Source: Paraphysomonas bandaiensis | Lineage: Eukaryota; Protista; Chrysophyceae | Assembly (NCBI GenBank): GCA_965644295.1 | Contig: CBFFRP010000181.1 | Location: forward strand, 186,001 to 250,000 | Direction of reading: 5' to 3' | Length of the DNA stretch: 64,000 bases | Part shown: positions 1-12,168 of the stretch, piece after piece | Position numbering within the stretch: the stretch's first letter is position 1 | How the letters are laid out: each line of letters starts with the position of its first letter | Notes under the pieces: model-generated | The model's input: the letters and a program-made list of their open reading frames with translations, nothing else | What the model was told of the DNA's origin: nothing | Databases searched by the model: none | Position numbers and translations under genes: made by a program

Positions 1-3000
1 TTTATGTAAGGCATATGAAGTGTGTAGGCACTGAGAATACGGCATGTGTTTCTTACACGTTTGCTCTGTTCTGCATATTGGGCTCTGATCTCCGCAAGCT
101 CCTGTGTTACATATTAAATGCATAATATCACGCTATTCTTAGTCACAGTGTACACTTCAAAACCCAACTTACCCGTTCTTCCTCATCATCGTAATCGTCA
201 TCTTCGTAATCATCAACTGTGTCATCTTCCACTTCCACTTCCACTTCAACACAATCTTCATCGCCTGGAGAGCATTCTTCCCAGTCATCAATTTCTTCCA
301 ATGTAATTGTTTTGGGTTGCGTCAACGTTGTTATCTGCATCATTAATATACCACACATTATTCGTATGCATAATCTCCGTAACAGTGTCTTCTCAAAATG
401 TAACACTTTTACAATTCGAATTACCTTTCCATTGGAGTCAACTTCAACTTCCATCTCTACACAATCAGGATCTCCTTCCTCACACTCCTCCCATTCATCG
501 TCGTCTACTTCAACTGCGCGCATACTTAATATGCTTTTGAACATACACGAAAACACATGGCATAAGGCGTAAACCACATTGCAGCGCCAACCCATTCCCA
601 TGAAACTACAATACTAAGGCTTCTCACCTTCATTTAACAAAAGACCCTTCTCAATCTCTGAATATGCCGCAAATGCCGCTTGGATCTCCCTCGGAGGATT
701 GTTCACGTCATATCCACCAGTATCTTCTACAACGACCATCATACGGTCCAGTCTCTGATTATAATTCACAGTGATAACAATCAGAATAATTTGATGTTAA
801 ATACTGTAAATCACACAAGAGAAAATAATATATCGCATGCTGTAATCTACGCTTGCTGTTCGTCATATCACCTCCTTAGCAGACTTATAGTTTCTGTGTC
901 CGAGGTCACACACAGCAGCGTTAAAATAAATTCCTTTAAGCATACTATAATGGTTTCCTATTTTGACTCCAGCCGCAAGTCTTTCTGCCTTTTCAATTGT
1001 GGTTCGCCACATAGCCGACGCCTGCATGCATAAATGTTATTAATTACGTTACCCTTGTCAGCAGTAAATGTATTGGTAGTGCCTACCAACTCAATAGTGC
1101 ATAAATTATATAAAGCATAACACTTTACAAGAAGTGTACAAAGGCACAGTGCGTCACACTGATAATGTAGATTGAAAAGTATTCTATCGGGTAGCACAAA
1201 CATGTACGGATTTTATACACATTTACCTTACTATACTGTTTCAAGTTGCAGTGGAGGATTGCAGCGAGCTGAAGACAACCAATGAACTCCCTCGCAATAC
1301 TCTTATTATCCGTGAAGTCAAAGTGTTTCTTCATCAATTCTGAACACAAATATCAGCAAGATATATTACGACGTATGTAACGCCCAGTATACAGCGCTTT
1401 AAAAATCTAATTACGAGTTGGAATAACCATAGCAGAGAAATAATCGTGGAGCAGTATCATGAAAATAGCAGAAAAGCGCAACGCAAAATCTTCTATCGTA
1501 CAATAAATTCGATAGGTTGTGGCGTAGCATACTATGTACACCGTACCTACTGCCTTCAGTTCATATTTCAGAGCTTCTTCGTTGTACTCTCTTGCAACAT
1601 CAGTAGATTTGTCCTAACATGACGTGCACGGCATTAAGATGCGTCACTTCTATGCATATTTAACTCCACAGTAGCAATACTACCGGTATATATCAACAAA
1701 CGTTGAACTCATACGCTTATTGGGCATGGTATATATGTAACCTACTGAAATACACTACAGAATACCTGCAGCATGGTGAACTGGTTGTACATCAGTTCTC
1801 CGAGGTTATGGTACATCAGCGCAGACATATGTTGAGCAAAAGGCTTGCTCTTCTCGTGCAAAAGAGTGTATAGCTTGTTCAGAACCTTCAGTACTTCATT
1901 GGCAATTGACTTTTTCTGACCTGCACGTAACCAAGCTATAAAAGTGCGTGCCACATAATTATCAAACTACATACCAATATTTGTCAGGGCGTGAAACAAG
2001 TCGTTTCCATTCTCGGCTGTTCGTTTTAGCATATAGATATACTCCGATAGAGCGCTAGGGACATTACCACCGGCCTCCTATATAAAATGTTTCAAAATCG
2101 TGCCTCAGCGAAATACTCAATGGTATTAGTATTAATGTATACTTGTCATGTCTAACCTGCATCTTTTTCTCGAACCCGGAGAGCCAATCCACTGTGATGT
2201 CGTAGATATTCACGTACATTTGCTAATCCATAGAAAACCCATTTAAGAAATATATCCGGTGAAGAGTATTACTTGGTATGGTGATATACGATATACAACA
2301 GTTCCGATGTATGACAAAAATTATGAAATCATTATTGCTCAGTAATATGCAACACAACACACTATGCAGTATGTTACTGCACAAACCTGATACTTTCTAT
2401 GTGACTCGTCATCACCTATAGTGCTATAAATATCTGCCAAGTGGTGGGAGGCCACACTTAGAGCCTATAAAGCAGTCATATCACTGTCATATACTCTGGA
2501 GCAATACATTATAGAATACACACAGTTCCGAAGGCAATCCATACAAAGTATTGGCGAAACTATTGTGACACGAGGAGAAAACATGTCACTATACTCTTAC
2601 GTTAAATTCGTTGACAGTTGCATTTGGCAGTGTGGCTTTTTCAATAAGCTCCTGAACATGATCAGAGTAAACGTCCGAAGCAGTGGATAACAAAAATGCT
2701 TGATTGACATTTAATTGAGAAGCAAGAGGCTTATTTGTCGTGGCACTGGTACATATCGATTCAAAAGCTTTTCTAAACACCGTTGACCGTTGTGGTGTTA
2801 TTTCTCCCATCTGTTACGGCAATAAATTAGATCGCACGTCATAAGAGTATGTGCACGTGTCAGAATCGCAATATATAACGGTACATATATATACCCTGCA
2901 ATGGAGGGTGCAGGTAATAATACAGGATATGTGGGCATACCAGATGCATCACTTGATTATACTCCTTTTGATGGGTCATCGCTGGAGGATCTGAAACAGC

Positions 3001-4629
3001 ACACATACATTTGAGTCGCGGCAAAAAAATGGGGAACAACAATATTGGTGTATACTGGAGGGAGTTCAAGAATCGAGCACTCACATTTAAGTTAAGTGTG
3101 AAGTGTATGTACCAGATATAAACACAGAGAAACTGTAATCTTACCTGAATTGAGTGCATCTCTCTCTAGGATGGCGACCTTTTCTTTAATGTCCCCAACA
3201 TAACTTTTTCCTGAATTGAAATCCCGCATGTACGACTCGTACAACACATCGAATGCGTCCTGATCGCATTTAACATTTCTGCAAACAATTAGGGAGCATG
3301 ACAACACGTCATAATAGCGAAAAATAAATTAATAGGTGCCTCGCTAAATATACACACAGCATAAAATAAAATATCGCGACATGTATGGTAATTTATATGA
3401 GTGGTCTTTTACGTGAATAGCACACATACTAGTCGAGTAGTCGACAATTCCAGAAGTTATACGCAAGAGGCAACAGTCATTGTGCATACATGAAAATAAA
3501 AATAGAAGAGTCTTACCTGTCAACAACTGTCCACCACTCTTTAACAAATTTCCGTAGCCAAGGTGTGTTTCGCATGATTAAAAACCCACTACAAAATACA
3601 CATCACCATTACAAAGCAGTACAGTTGTAAAAATACACACACAACACAAAACATAGCCATCAATATTGCAGTGTACAACTCTAACATACATGACCATCAT
3701 ACCTGTTCAAATACCCCTGTCTGATGTCAGCTGAAGCGATGAAGTCCGCCTTCTCGTACTGTTGTCCAATAAGTTCTATCTTCATACCTACCAAACATAA
3801 ATATCATTAACAAATCCGTATGTCGAAACTATGATAGCGCTGTATTCACGTTGCGGTATAATCATACGACTGCAGAGTAAAGTGCAACATATGATACAGC
3901 AAGACAGTATAATATTTAAGTTTTGGTTCCCACCTAGATCTAGAACAATAGCATCTGCATCCATCCATACCTAATAACCAATAATTAGGTGCATTAGGTG
4001 ACATTAACACTGGTCAACGGGTCTATTCACAAAGAATGTATATACACCACCAAAGCACTTACCAAGTATTCAGTGTCCTTAGCCCACCCATTTGTAGGGT
4101 CCAGGGCAACATCAATTATCTTCACCTGCACCGGGCCGGTGAGCAAATACTTGAGGTGTATGTCATGAGTTCAGCTATACCTTATTCCAACGAGGGTCAC
4201 CAGTTTGATAATTGCTGCCTGAGATACAAATACATTATGTGGATGCAATAGAAACTAATACATACTAATAATCATTGGTCATATGATACCTGTTTCAGGG
4301 CTGAGCCAATGAAAACTATATCCATTTTGCTCCGCATATGCTGCAGTAGAGGCGATCATATACGAGCCAAACTTCATAATATCCGGAATATTAAACTGAG
4401 AGCTATCATCCACACCCAAATATGTAACAAATGCCACTTTATTTGCTGTACCTGACATACTTATTGATTTATTTGCACAGTCAGATAGTGTCAGTACATC
4501 GTCTATATGAGAACAACATGAACTGATTGAGGGAGTGTTTAAGGGATGAGGCTGAGGGCGGGTTGTCTTTAAAACTTGAGATAGAGAAGGGATTGTATAT
4601 AGAGCAAATAATGTAGAGAATAAATACAT
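1..4629 (-). CDS. Multi-exon secreted/type-II glycosyltransferase (GT34/MNN10-GMA12-like) with helical (TPR-like) region and acidic C-terminal repeats; 3' end runs off the window
   Basis: Exons stitched by eye across GT-AG introns: signal-like MYLFSTLFALY..., AAYAEQNGYSF, DPRWNK|VKII, YL|VWMDADAIVL (DxD), YLNS|GFLIMRNTPW, CDQDAF, helical ALMYHNLGEL, then DDEWEECEEGDPDCVEMEVEV and DDWEECSPGDEDCVEVEVEV. Whether all exons belong to one gene is inferred. Confidence 0.7.
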
Positions 4630-4919
4630 GATTAGGTGATTATATGATCTATTATCTAATTGGGGGGAAATATATGGTTAATGCTACGCTATCTTAATAT
4701 GATGCAATGCTGTGTGAGTACATACAGCAGTAGTAGGTAGGTACAGTAGGTATGTAGTGGGTAGGTAGTATTTACATGAAAATTTTATATAGTGCCAAAA
4801 AGCATAAAACCCACCGAAATGTGTAATTGGAAACCCCTGTTTTTATAGAAGAATTACACAGGAGGAAAACATCACCCATATAAAAAACTGCGATTTTGAG
4901 ATTTTTCGAAAATAATCAG

Positions 4920-4945
4920 ATCTGTGTAATTCTAATTACACAGAT
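4920..4945. repeat. Perfect 12-bp inverted repeat ATCTGTGTAATT-ct-AATTACACAG AT, with further TGTGTAATT/AATTACACA copies at 4820 and 4852
   Basis: Read directly from the sequence. Confidence 0.85.
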
Positions 4946-5509
4946 TTTTAACCTATTTTTTGAAGGCATCCATCCGTCCATTCACAAAAGTCGGGTTTTA
5001 TTTATGTAAGACGACAGCAACAATGATAGATACTTACAATCTTAAGACACAGATACTAATAAGTCGAATAACCTGCAGTAGTAAATCCTAGACAAATGGA
5101 CCCAGCATAATTCAAGGACAAAACGAAAGGAATGTATTGGAAGAATGTCCACACTATCCAGAATACTCAACAATCTTACAGTGATTGCGATCATTATAGC
5201 TGTGTATAGCGGCCAGCTAACTCTAACTAGATCTACCCAATACATACCATGGGTATGCATGATTATGAGAAACAGTGCGCGTTATTGTAGAAGAGAGGGA
5301 TTAGCCAGTACAAAGCCAATCATAACACATGGAACATGCGTATGATCCTTGTTAAAGGAAAGTTTCTTGGGTCATGAGAAGCCCCGGATTAAGCTGCACG
5401 AGTGTTGTACTTCCTTATAAAACTGCTCCATTCTGAGCGCGTACTTAGGTAGAGCCGGGGTGGGGGTCTTACTAATTAAGTCCCATACAATATTTGCTAG
5501 CTAATAAAG

Positions 5510-6053
5510 TCAGACAAGAAGCCGGAACTATCTGAAGACAAGACTTGGATATTACTGAAGTGTTCAGGTTGAAGATAATGGTGAGTTTTTCGGAAATATA
5601 GCAAGCACAAGGATGAAGTTTACGACTTAGATCAGACAACCAATTTGTGTAACCAGATTTCGTAGTAAGTTAAGCGTTGAAGAAGAAGCAATTTGAAACT
5701 CCCTGAAGACGGAAAATTACATGGATAATCTCACATATTACCCTCGATTACCTCACTTTGTTTACAAATAAGACAAAACTAAGGCGTCCGAAATATTGGT
5801 CGTTATCATGAATATTTGATAAAGATAATTCTCAACAATATATATAGCATGAGTATTGATTGCCAATAACTGCAATATAACTGAAATATTAAATGAACAA
5901 GATGTCTACCTCTCACGTAATGACAATATTTTTGATACGCTATTTGCTAGCTACCTACTGAAACCAACTAGCTACGTCATTATCACACGGTATTTAGCGC
6001 TGAATTTGCAGTAAGAGCCCGGGGTGGGGAAGCGCTGAGCTAAGCAATGTGTA
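5510..6053 (+). repeat. Direct repeat copy 1 (~545 bp)
   Basis: Near-identical to 7738-8282 (TCAGACAAGAAGCCGG...GCGCTGAGCTAAGCAA), only a handful of differences by eye. Confidence 0.95.
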
Positions 6054-6518
6054 CATGTGTAGAGGTGTGCGGTAGCAAAAATGTAGAACTTGGCTTATTG
6101 TAATTTAATATACTCTTGTCTTACAACTCTAGCTTTTACCTTAGAATATTTAACGCACGATGTTCGTGTGTAGCTCTTATCGAACAGATCCACACATACT
6201 TTGTAATAATATAGAATGCAGATTGTGCAGCATTGGAGAATTCCGTATTTAATATAGTGATGTCAAGTGCTGTATATACATGAACAATTAATATGATGGA
6301 ATATAGTGCCTCGTAGCTATAATCAGGACAAAATGTACTGCCTGTCCATATGACGCTTTTACACTATCGGTATGAGGCAGCAATGCAAAGTGTAATAGAA
6401 AGCAACAAGCTAATTCTATTCAATAAAACAGGAAATATATAGCAAATTATTACTTAGCAATATGCTTCCTTTTAAATTAAATAGTCTACCATTTCACAAT
6501 CTTGATCGACTAAGCATA

Positions 6519-7013
6519 TCATACCATCTGAATGATAAATTCAGTGGCTGACTTGATAAAAGTGCTCACAAATTTACCAACAAGCTCAACGTTAGAACTA
6601 TGGTCATCACATAATAAAAGGTCTGATTGAAGAACAAAATCTCCATCACTGTCGAAATATAAAGTTGAAAAGTATTTATTCGAATTCCAGTTACCGGCAA
6701 CTGATTGGGCAGCACAAACATCACTATTCTTGATTATCTTAGGAAGAACAAGCCAATAGTAATACATAGATATGTCGCTATTACCAATAGTTATTATAAC
6801 AGTTTGGTTGCCCATGACATCAACATTGAATACCATTTCGAGGGTCTCATCACCTGTAATGGATACGTTTCGGCCATTCGCAGTAAATAGAGCAGCAATG
6901 TCTTCCGTGGAGAACTTAGTACAAGCTTCACTTTTGATGGATTCATCCAATGCTTCCAGTGAGTCTCCCTGGCAACATATAAGAGCAAGTCCGATGATAG
7001 TGATGTAGTACAT
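6519..7013 (-). CDS. Intronless secreted YbjN-like (T3SS-chaperone-fold, 'bacterial sensory transduction regulator') protein, 164 aa
   Basis: Hydrophobic N-terminus. Motif NWNSNKYFSTLYFDSDGDFVLQSDL resembles the YbjN signature (N.WN....F.r.YlD.dGd.vle.dl), recalled from family knowledge. Confidence 0.65.
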   Translation of the reverse strand: MYYITIIGLALICCQGDSLEALDESIKSEACTKFSTEDIAALFTANGRNVSITGDETLEMVFNVDVMGNQTVIITIGNSDISMYYYWLVLPKIIKNSDVCAAQSVAGNWNSNKYFSTLYFDSDGDFVLQSDLLLCDDHSSNVELVGKFVSTFIKSATEFIIQMV

Positions 7014-7467
7014 TCGTGAGAGTGTTGTGGCTTTGAGTGTTACTGATATTATGCTTTAGAATATATTGTATTTTGATGAGGTATTGATTTCATTAATCCA
7101 GTGACCATGTCCACGTTTCCAAGATTCCTCATATTCCTGAACACTTCCTGGAACACTGTGTACTGCTGTATATACTGCTGTACTCGTACACTCGTACACA
7201 TGTGTTCGTTACTTTATGTGTTATCGATTTTCCCGCTTTCAAAAAAAATCCTACCTTTTACAATACAATATCGGTGTTTTCCTGGATGCATACCTGCTCA
7301 TACGTATACGAGTACAGTATACATATATAGGTACATCGGTGCGTGTGTTGTACAGCAGTAGCAGTATGGCTTTCTATATCTTGACTTGTACCTTCAGTTG
7401 TTAAGTGACTACATTCATAAAAGAGTCTTTAATTACTGACCGTATAATGAATACAACTATTAAACCA

Positions 7468-8040
7468 ATGTCTCGCCCTGTCAAAGAGCAGCATCTTCCC
7501 AAAGGATTGCCTCCAGAAGCAAGAAGTTTGCAAAACAAATGGGCTTGGATCTGAAGGGTCTAGAGGCTGAGATAAACAGCTTTGAGCATAATGCCATATA
7601 TGTGACTGACTGTGGACTATGAACTGTCATGCCCAGGCTGAAAATATGTGCAGTGGCTGATCAATTGATATGCTCTACTGGTCAGCGTAGTGTGTTATTT
7701 GTGGACAAGTGTTTCTGCAGTAGAGGGCCAGAGTACATCAGACAAGAAGCCGGAACTATCTGAAGACAAGACTTGGATATTACTGAAGTGTTCAGGTTGA
7801 AGATAATGGTGAGGTTTGCGGAAATATAGCAAGCACAAGGATGAAGTTTACGACTTAGATCAGACAACCAATTTGTGTAACCAGATTTCGTAGTAAGTTA
7901 AGCGTTGAAGAAGAAGCAATTTGAAACTCCCTGAAGGCGGAAAATTACATGGATAATCTCACATATTACCCTCGATTACCTCACTTTGTTTACAAATAAG
8001 ACAAAACTAAGGCGTCCGAAATATTGGTCGTTATCAATGA
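7468..8040 (+). pseudogene. Decayed coding sequence of unknown family
   Basis: ATG at 7468, then protein-like frame KKFAKQMGLDLKGLEAEINSFEHNAIYV...RGPEYIRQEAG interrupted by several stops and an apparent frameshift; preceded by the TACAGCAGTA motif. Confidence 0.35.
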
Positions 8041-8282
8041 GTATATGATAAAGATAATTCTCTACAATATATATAGCATGAGTATTGATTGCCAATAACT
8101 GCAATATAACTGAAATATTAAATGAACAAGATGTCTACCTCTCACGTAATGACAATATTTTTGATACGCAATTTGCTAGCTACCTACTGAAACCAACTAG
8201 CTACGTCATTATCACACGGTATTTAGCGCTGAATTTGCAGTAAGAGCCCGGGGTGGGGAAGCGCTGAGCTAAGCAAAGTGTA
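7738..8282 (+). repeat. Direct repeat copy 2 (~545 bp)
   Basis: Near-identical to 5510-6053. Confidence 0.95.
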
Positions 8283-8912
8283 ACACTCACTAGATGGTCA
8301 AACGCGGTGATTAGGTACGCTGTCATCATGTGGCAGGAACCACCATCTTTGCTCAACTATTAGAATCGATGTTACTGTTACCGTTATATGTGCTGCTTGT
8401 CAGATGTAGGTTGTCAAACCGGGTTTCGGCATATATTAGAAAAGGAAGGTCAAAATGTCAACTCGTACTCTCGTATTCCCGCTATTTAGTAATACCATTC
8501 TTTCTTATCTTACTTTATAAGTCATCAACAACTAATGCTGCGTAATATGCATATATACAAATATATTAAGTGCGGCAAACGTAGAGTCCGAATCGGCGCA
8601 AAAGTTGAGTATTTTACGTTTTACAGCCGCTATGTCGTTGTTGTGAACTCAATTATGACTGATACTGTACGACTCTAATTAAGTAAAGCAAGCATAGCTA
8701 CTACTGCTCTATCATTACATATTATAGGCTCCGTATTACGTATTTTGAAAACTTTACATCTTAATTACAGTCTTAAAATTGAAGCATTTTGAAGAGTAAG
8801 TCGATTTTAAGCATACTATATTCCAGATAAATCTGTTCGCTTGATAGCAATAGGCGATGTAATACCAATAGCTTGATCCATAGATTTCTTCACATATGAC
8901 AGGAATACGAGT

Positions 8913-9983
8913 TCATGCGGTCGCTAGTATGTCAATCATATTGCTCCAGTCGGATGGTTCTGTTACCGTGTGAGAATTTCCGTGCTGCGTGTACCTGCCG
9001 AGGGAACGGGTCCACGTACAGCATTCCTCAAGGTTCCTTTGTAGTGCCTCGTTTACAATCTCTCTCTCGCTTGGAGTAAAGTCGACAAAAAAGAGGAGGT
9101 CCCAATGTGCAAAAGCAGAACCCCCAGCAGCAGATAGCCCAGGTATCGCTAATCGACAAGCCGTACTCGCAGGACGGCTCTCTATCTTGAGAATGTTGAT
9201 ATCTCGAAGTGCGAAACACGAAATCATGCGAAACATTGAACCTGGAGTATTCTTCACAGATAATACCACCGTAGCCTTCTTAACATCATCCTGACGTGCT
9301 GTCGTACTTTCAGGACCAATATACAGTGGGTCAATTACTTCCAATGTAGGCGAGATTCCGGTGGAGCGACTCGCTTTTGCAATGATGGCATATCTAGTTT
9401 CTGAGTTCCTATCGTTGCCAATACTCTCAGAAATAACATTTAAACCATAGAATGCGGCAGCTTGACGCGTACAAATGACGGCATCTCCGGAACCATCTGC
9501 TGTGGACAGAAGGAGTTTGCATGCGGCAGCGCTGTCGCACGTTGAGTCGCGCTCAATGCGTTCCAAAGATAAACGGGAACGTTTGCGATCGAGTGCATCT
9601 AAAAACTCAGAACAATCTTCAATAATAACCGGGTGTGACATAATCCGAGCAATCGACACATCAGATGCTGTTGCTTTCGTGCATAAGCAGTGCTGTTCCC
9701 TTTCAACAACTTCCCCAATAATAGTGACACCCTCACAATGCTTGAGTAACTGATCAAACACAACATGCATGCTACCATGATTGCTACTCTCCATTGGAAC
9801 AACACCGTAATCAATTCTTCCAGAGCATACATCATCAAAGATAGATACACATGTAGGCGAAGCTTCATAATGAATAGCGGAGGATATCTTGCTGAAGAAA
9901 TTCTTGGCAGCTACGCATGTAAAAGAATAATCACTTCCTAAGAAACTGACCTTTACGTTATCTACTTTCTGTTTTTTATTCAT
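8913..9983 (-). CDS. pheA: Prephenate/arogenate dehydratase with C-terminal ACT domain
   Basis: YGVVPMESSNHGS, MSHP, N.ETRY (TRF-like), PGSMF..ISCFALRDINILKIESRP, LFFVDF, SLGRY motifs; intronless 356 aa. Confidence 0.9.
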   Translation of the reverse strand: MNKKQKVDNVKVSFLGSDYSFTCVAAKNFFSKISSAIHYEASPTCVSIFDDVCSGRIDYGVVPMESSNHGSMHVVFDQLLKHCEGVTIIGEVVEREQHCLCTKATASDVSIARIMSHPVIIEDCSEFLDALDRKRSRLSLERIERDSTCDSAAACKLLLSTADGSGDAVICTRQAAAFYGLNVISESIGNDRNSETRYAIIAKASRSTGISPTLEVIDPLYIGPESTTARQDDVKKATVVLSVKNTPGSMFRMISCFALRDINILKIESRPASTACRLAIPGLSAAGGSAFAHWDLLFFVDFTPSEREIVNEALQRNLEECCTWTRSLGRYTQHGNSHTVTEPSDWSNMIDILATA

Positions 9984-10471
9984 ATTGATAGCTGTAAATA
10001 TAAAGATATATAGTTATATTCCACTGATGCATATGTATGTATTGGGAACTCCATATAGCTTGCTACGCACCTATGGAGCAGGTTACTACATATGTATGAT
10101 ATGGGTATTCTCCTGTACTGAACAACACGCACACACTCTATTTTATGACTGAGTCTTTTGCTTCTTGGAGGATGTGTACATAAAACCACTCTATAATCTC
10201 CAAAATCTATAATTTATATTCCCTTATTTCACATATTTCTTAAAAATATCATCCCCAACAATACAAAATCCGTAAAATCCATTAAAAACTGGTTACTTCC
10301 AGTCTAGCCAAGTAAGTTAGATTAGCTGAGATATTCTTCATCTCTATTATATGGTACAGCTAGTACAGTAGAATATACACTGATACACTGATACACTGAT
10401 ATAAACCATAGCCTTCCACTTGATTTCTTATCATACCATAATACATACATTAAAGTAGTGAATGACTATAA

Positions 10472-11336
10472 ATGGCAAATACTTCTAATAAACGCAAAAG
10501 GGCTATTAGAAAGAAAGCTGTTAAGAAAGCCAAGAAGCAGTGTAAACCTCTAACTGTTTCATCTAATGGAACCCTACGTGTTGCTACTAAACGTGAGCGT
10601 CCAAAATTTATGAATGCTGTACGGTATGATACCGGATCTATTTTATTACTAGGAGATGGAGGTTTACTTATTAACATATCTGTTATGTGTGTATTGTAAT
10701 ATAGTTATCATAGATTTCTCTTTTGCAGAGGGGTTAATTGCACATCGTAATGGGAGTGGACGTGGAGTAATAGCTACCTCATTTGATAGCCGAACGGCAG
10801 TCGAGAGAAAGTATGGTGAGAGTTCCGTATCAGCTCGATTGAGTCGGTTGACTGCTGCTGGTGCTGTTGTGAAGCATGACGTGGATGCACGGGCACTGGA
10901 TGCTGCAGCCCCTGTCCTGTTGTCCACTCTTCGTGATAGAGAAAAGGGGGGCAATCGTCTTGATGATTCTTCTGCATCAGCGTTGTCGCAACAAAGGTTT
11001 AGTCGCGTTGTATTCAATTTTCCCCATTCTGGACAGCAGCGTGTGCATGTCAACAGAGCTCTCCTACAGAGTTTCTTTGCCACTGTCCCGGCTGTTCTAT
11101 CTTCTGCAGGAGAAGTCCACATAACTATCAAAATGAAACCTCCTTATTCCTTATGGGGAATCGAAGATATTGCGAAAGATAATAAATTCCGATTAGTAGC
11201 TACCAAGGAGTTTGATCAACAACTCTTTCCAGGATACAGGCATCAGACAACAGAAGCTGATGCGGTAACCTTCAGAGCAGCCGGAAATATAGAGGCTCGC
11301 TCAATTAAGACTCTGTGTTTTGCGAAAAAGAAATAG
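10472..11336 (+). CDS. 25S rRNA (uridine-N3) methyltransferase BMT5-like / DUF2431
   Basis: Two exons (intron ~10662-10713) give ILLLGDG|DFSFA, ATSFDS, HDVDA, VVFNFPH, FPGYRH. Confidence 0.88.
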
Positions 11337-11618
11337 GTAGATACGTTGTAGACGTATCGATCGAATTGAAATTGTTTGAGCATGTCAAAAAGTTGTGGCA
11401 ACCACATATGAGAGTTATCCCGCTGAACAGTAGCACAATTAGGGCGAGACATAAATGCATTAGCGCATATGTAATAAATATATATCATATATCATTTCAT
11501 ATCATTGCAGCTGAAATGCTGAAACTATCATTCATTGCGGGGATTGGAGATTACTTTGTTCTTAATTCCTTATTCCCATACACTTTCTTCTTTCTTCAGA
11601 CTACTATAAGGTATAAAG

Positions 11619-11848
11619 TGTTAGGTTATAGGATATTCAATGAAATATATCATGAACTGAATTAGAGAGGGTATCTGTTGATGATTATCCTAGTGGTCGT
11701 CATTATCACTTATACTCCTTACTATTACGTTGTATGTAATAGTTATGTTCTGCATAATTATTCATCTTTTCTAAATTACTGTGTTCATCATTTTACGCTC
11801 TAAAAATGGCAACTTTCTTCTTACTATTACTAAGCTTAAATCTGCAGT
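11619..11848 (+). mobile_element. Diverged solo LTR related to the copia LTR at 38504/43973
   Basis: Colinear shared blocks ATATTCAATGAAATATAyCATGAACTGAATTAGAGAG, GTCGTCATTATCA, GTGTTCAT, TTACTATTA; starts TGTTAGG vs TATTAGG; flanks taaag/aaaag. Confidence 0.8.
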
Positions 11849-12168
11849 AAAAGTATTTGCATGATGTATCATATTTCTCTTTCGTGCTGTAGTAGTGTAG
11901 TAGAATGACTACAGTTCATTGATTTACACATTGGACGAATTTAAAATATCGCAGTTCATGATATAGGGGGTTGGTATTTCCGAATTTTAAGGCACTAACC
12001 TCACTGAAACAATAAAAATACTACTCGTAATCCACAATCAGGCTAGAAGTATTATAATCTTATCAGAAATTCTAACACTTGCATGCCAACAACTGACCAT
12101 GATTTTATCATACTACGCTTTCGCGAACTAACACGTGTGAAAAAAGAGAAGCAAAGCAAACACATTAA

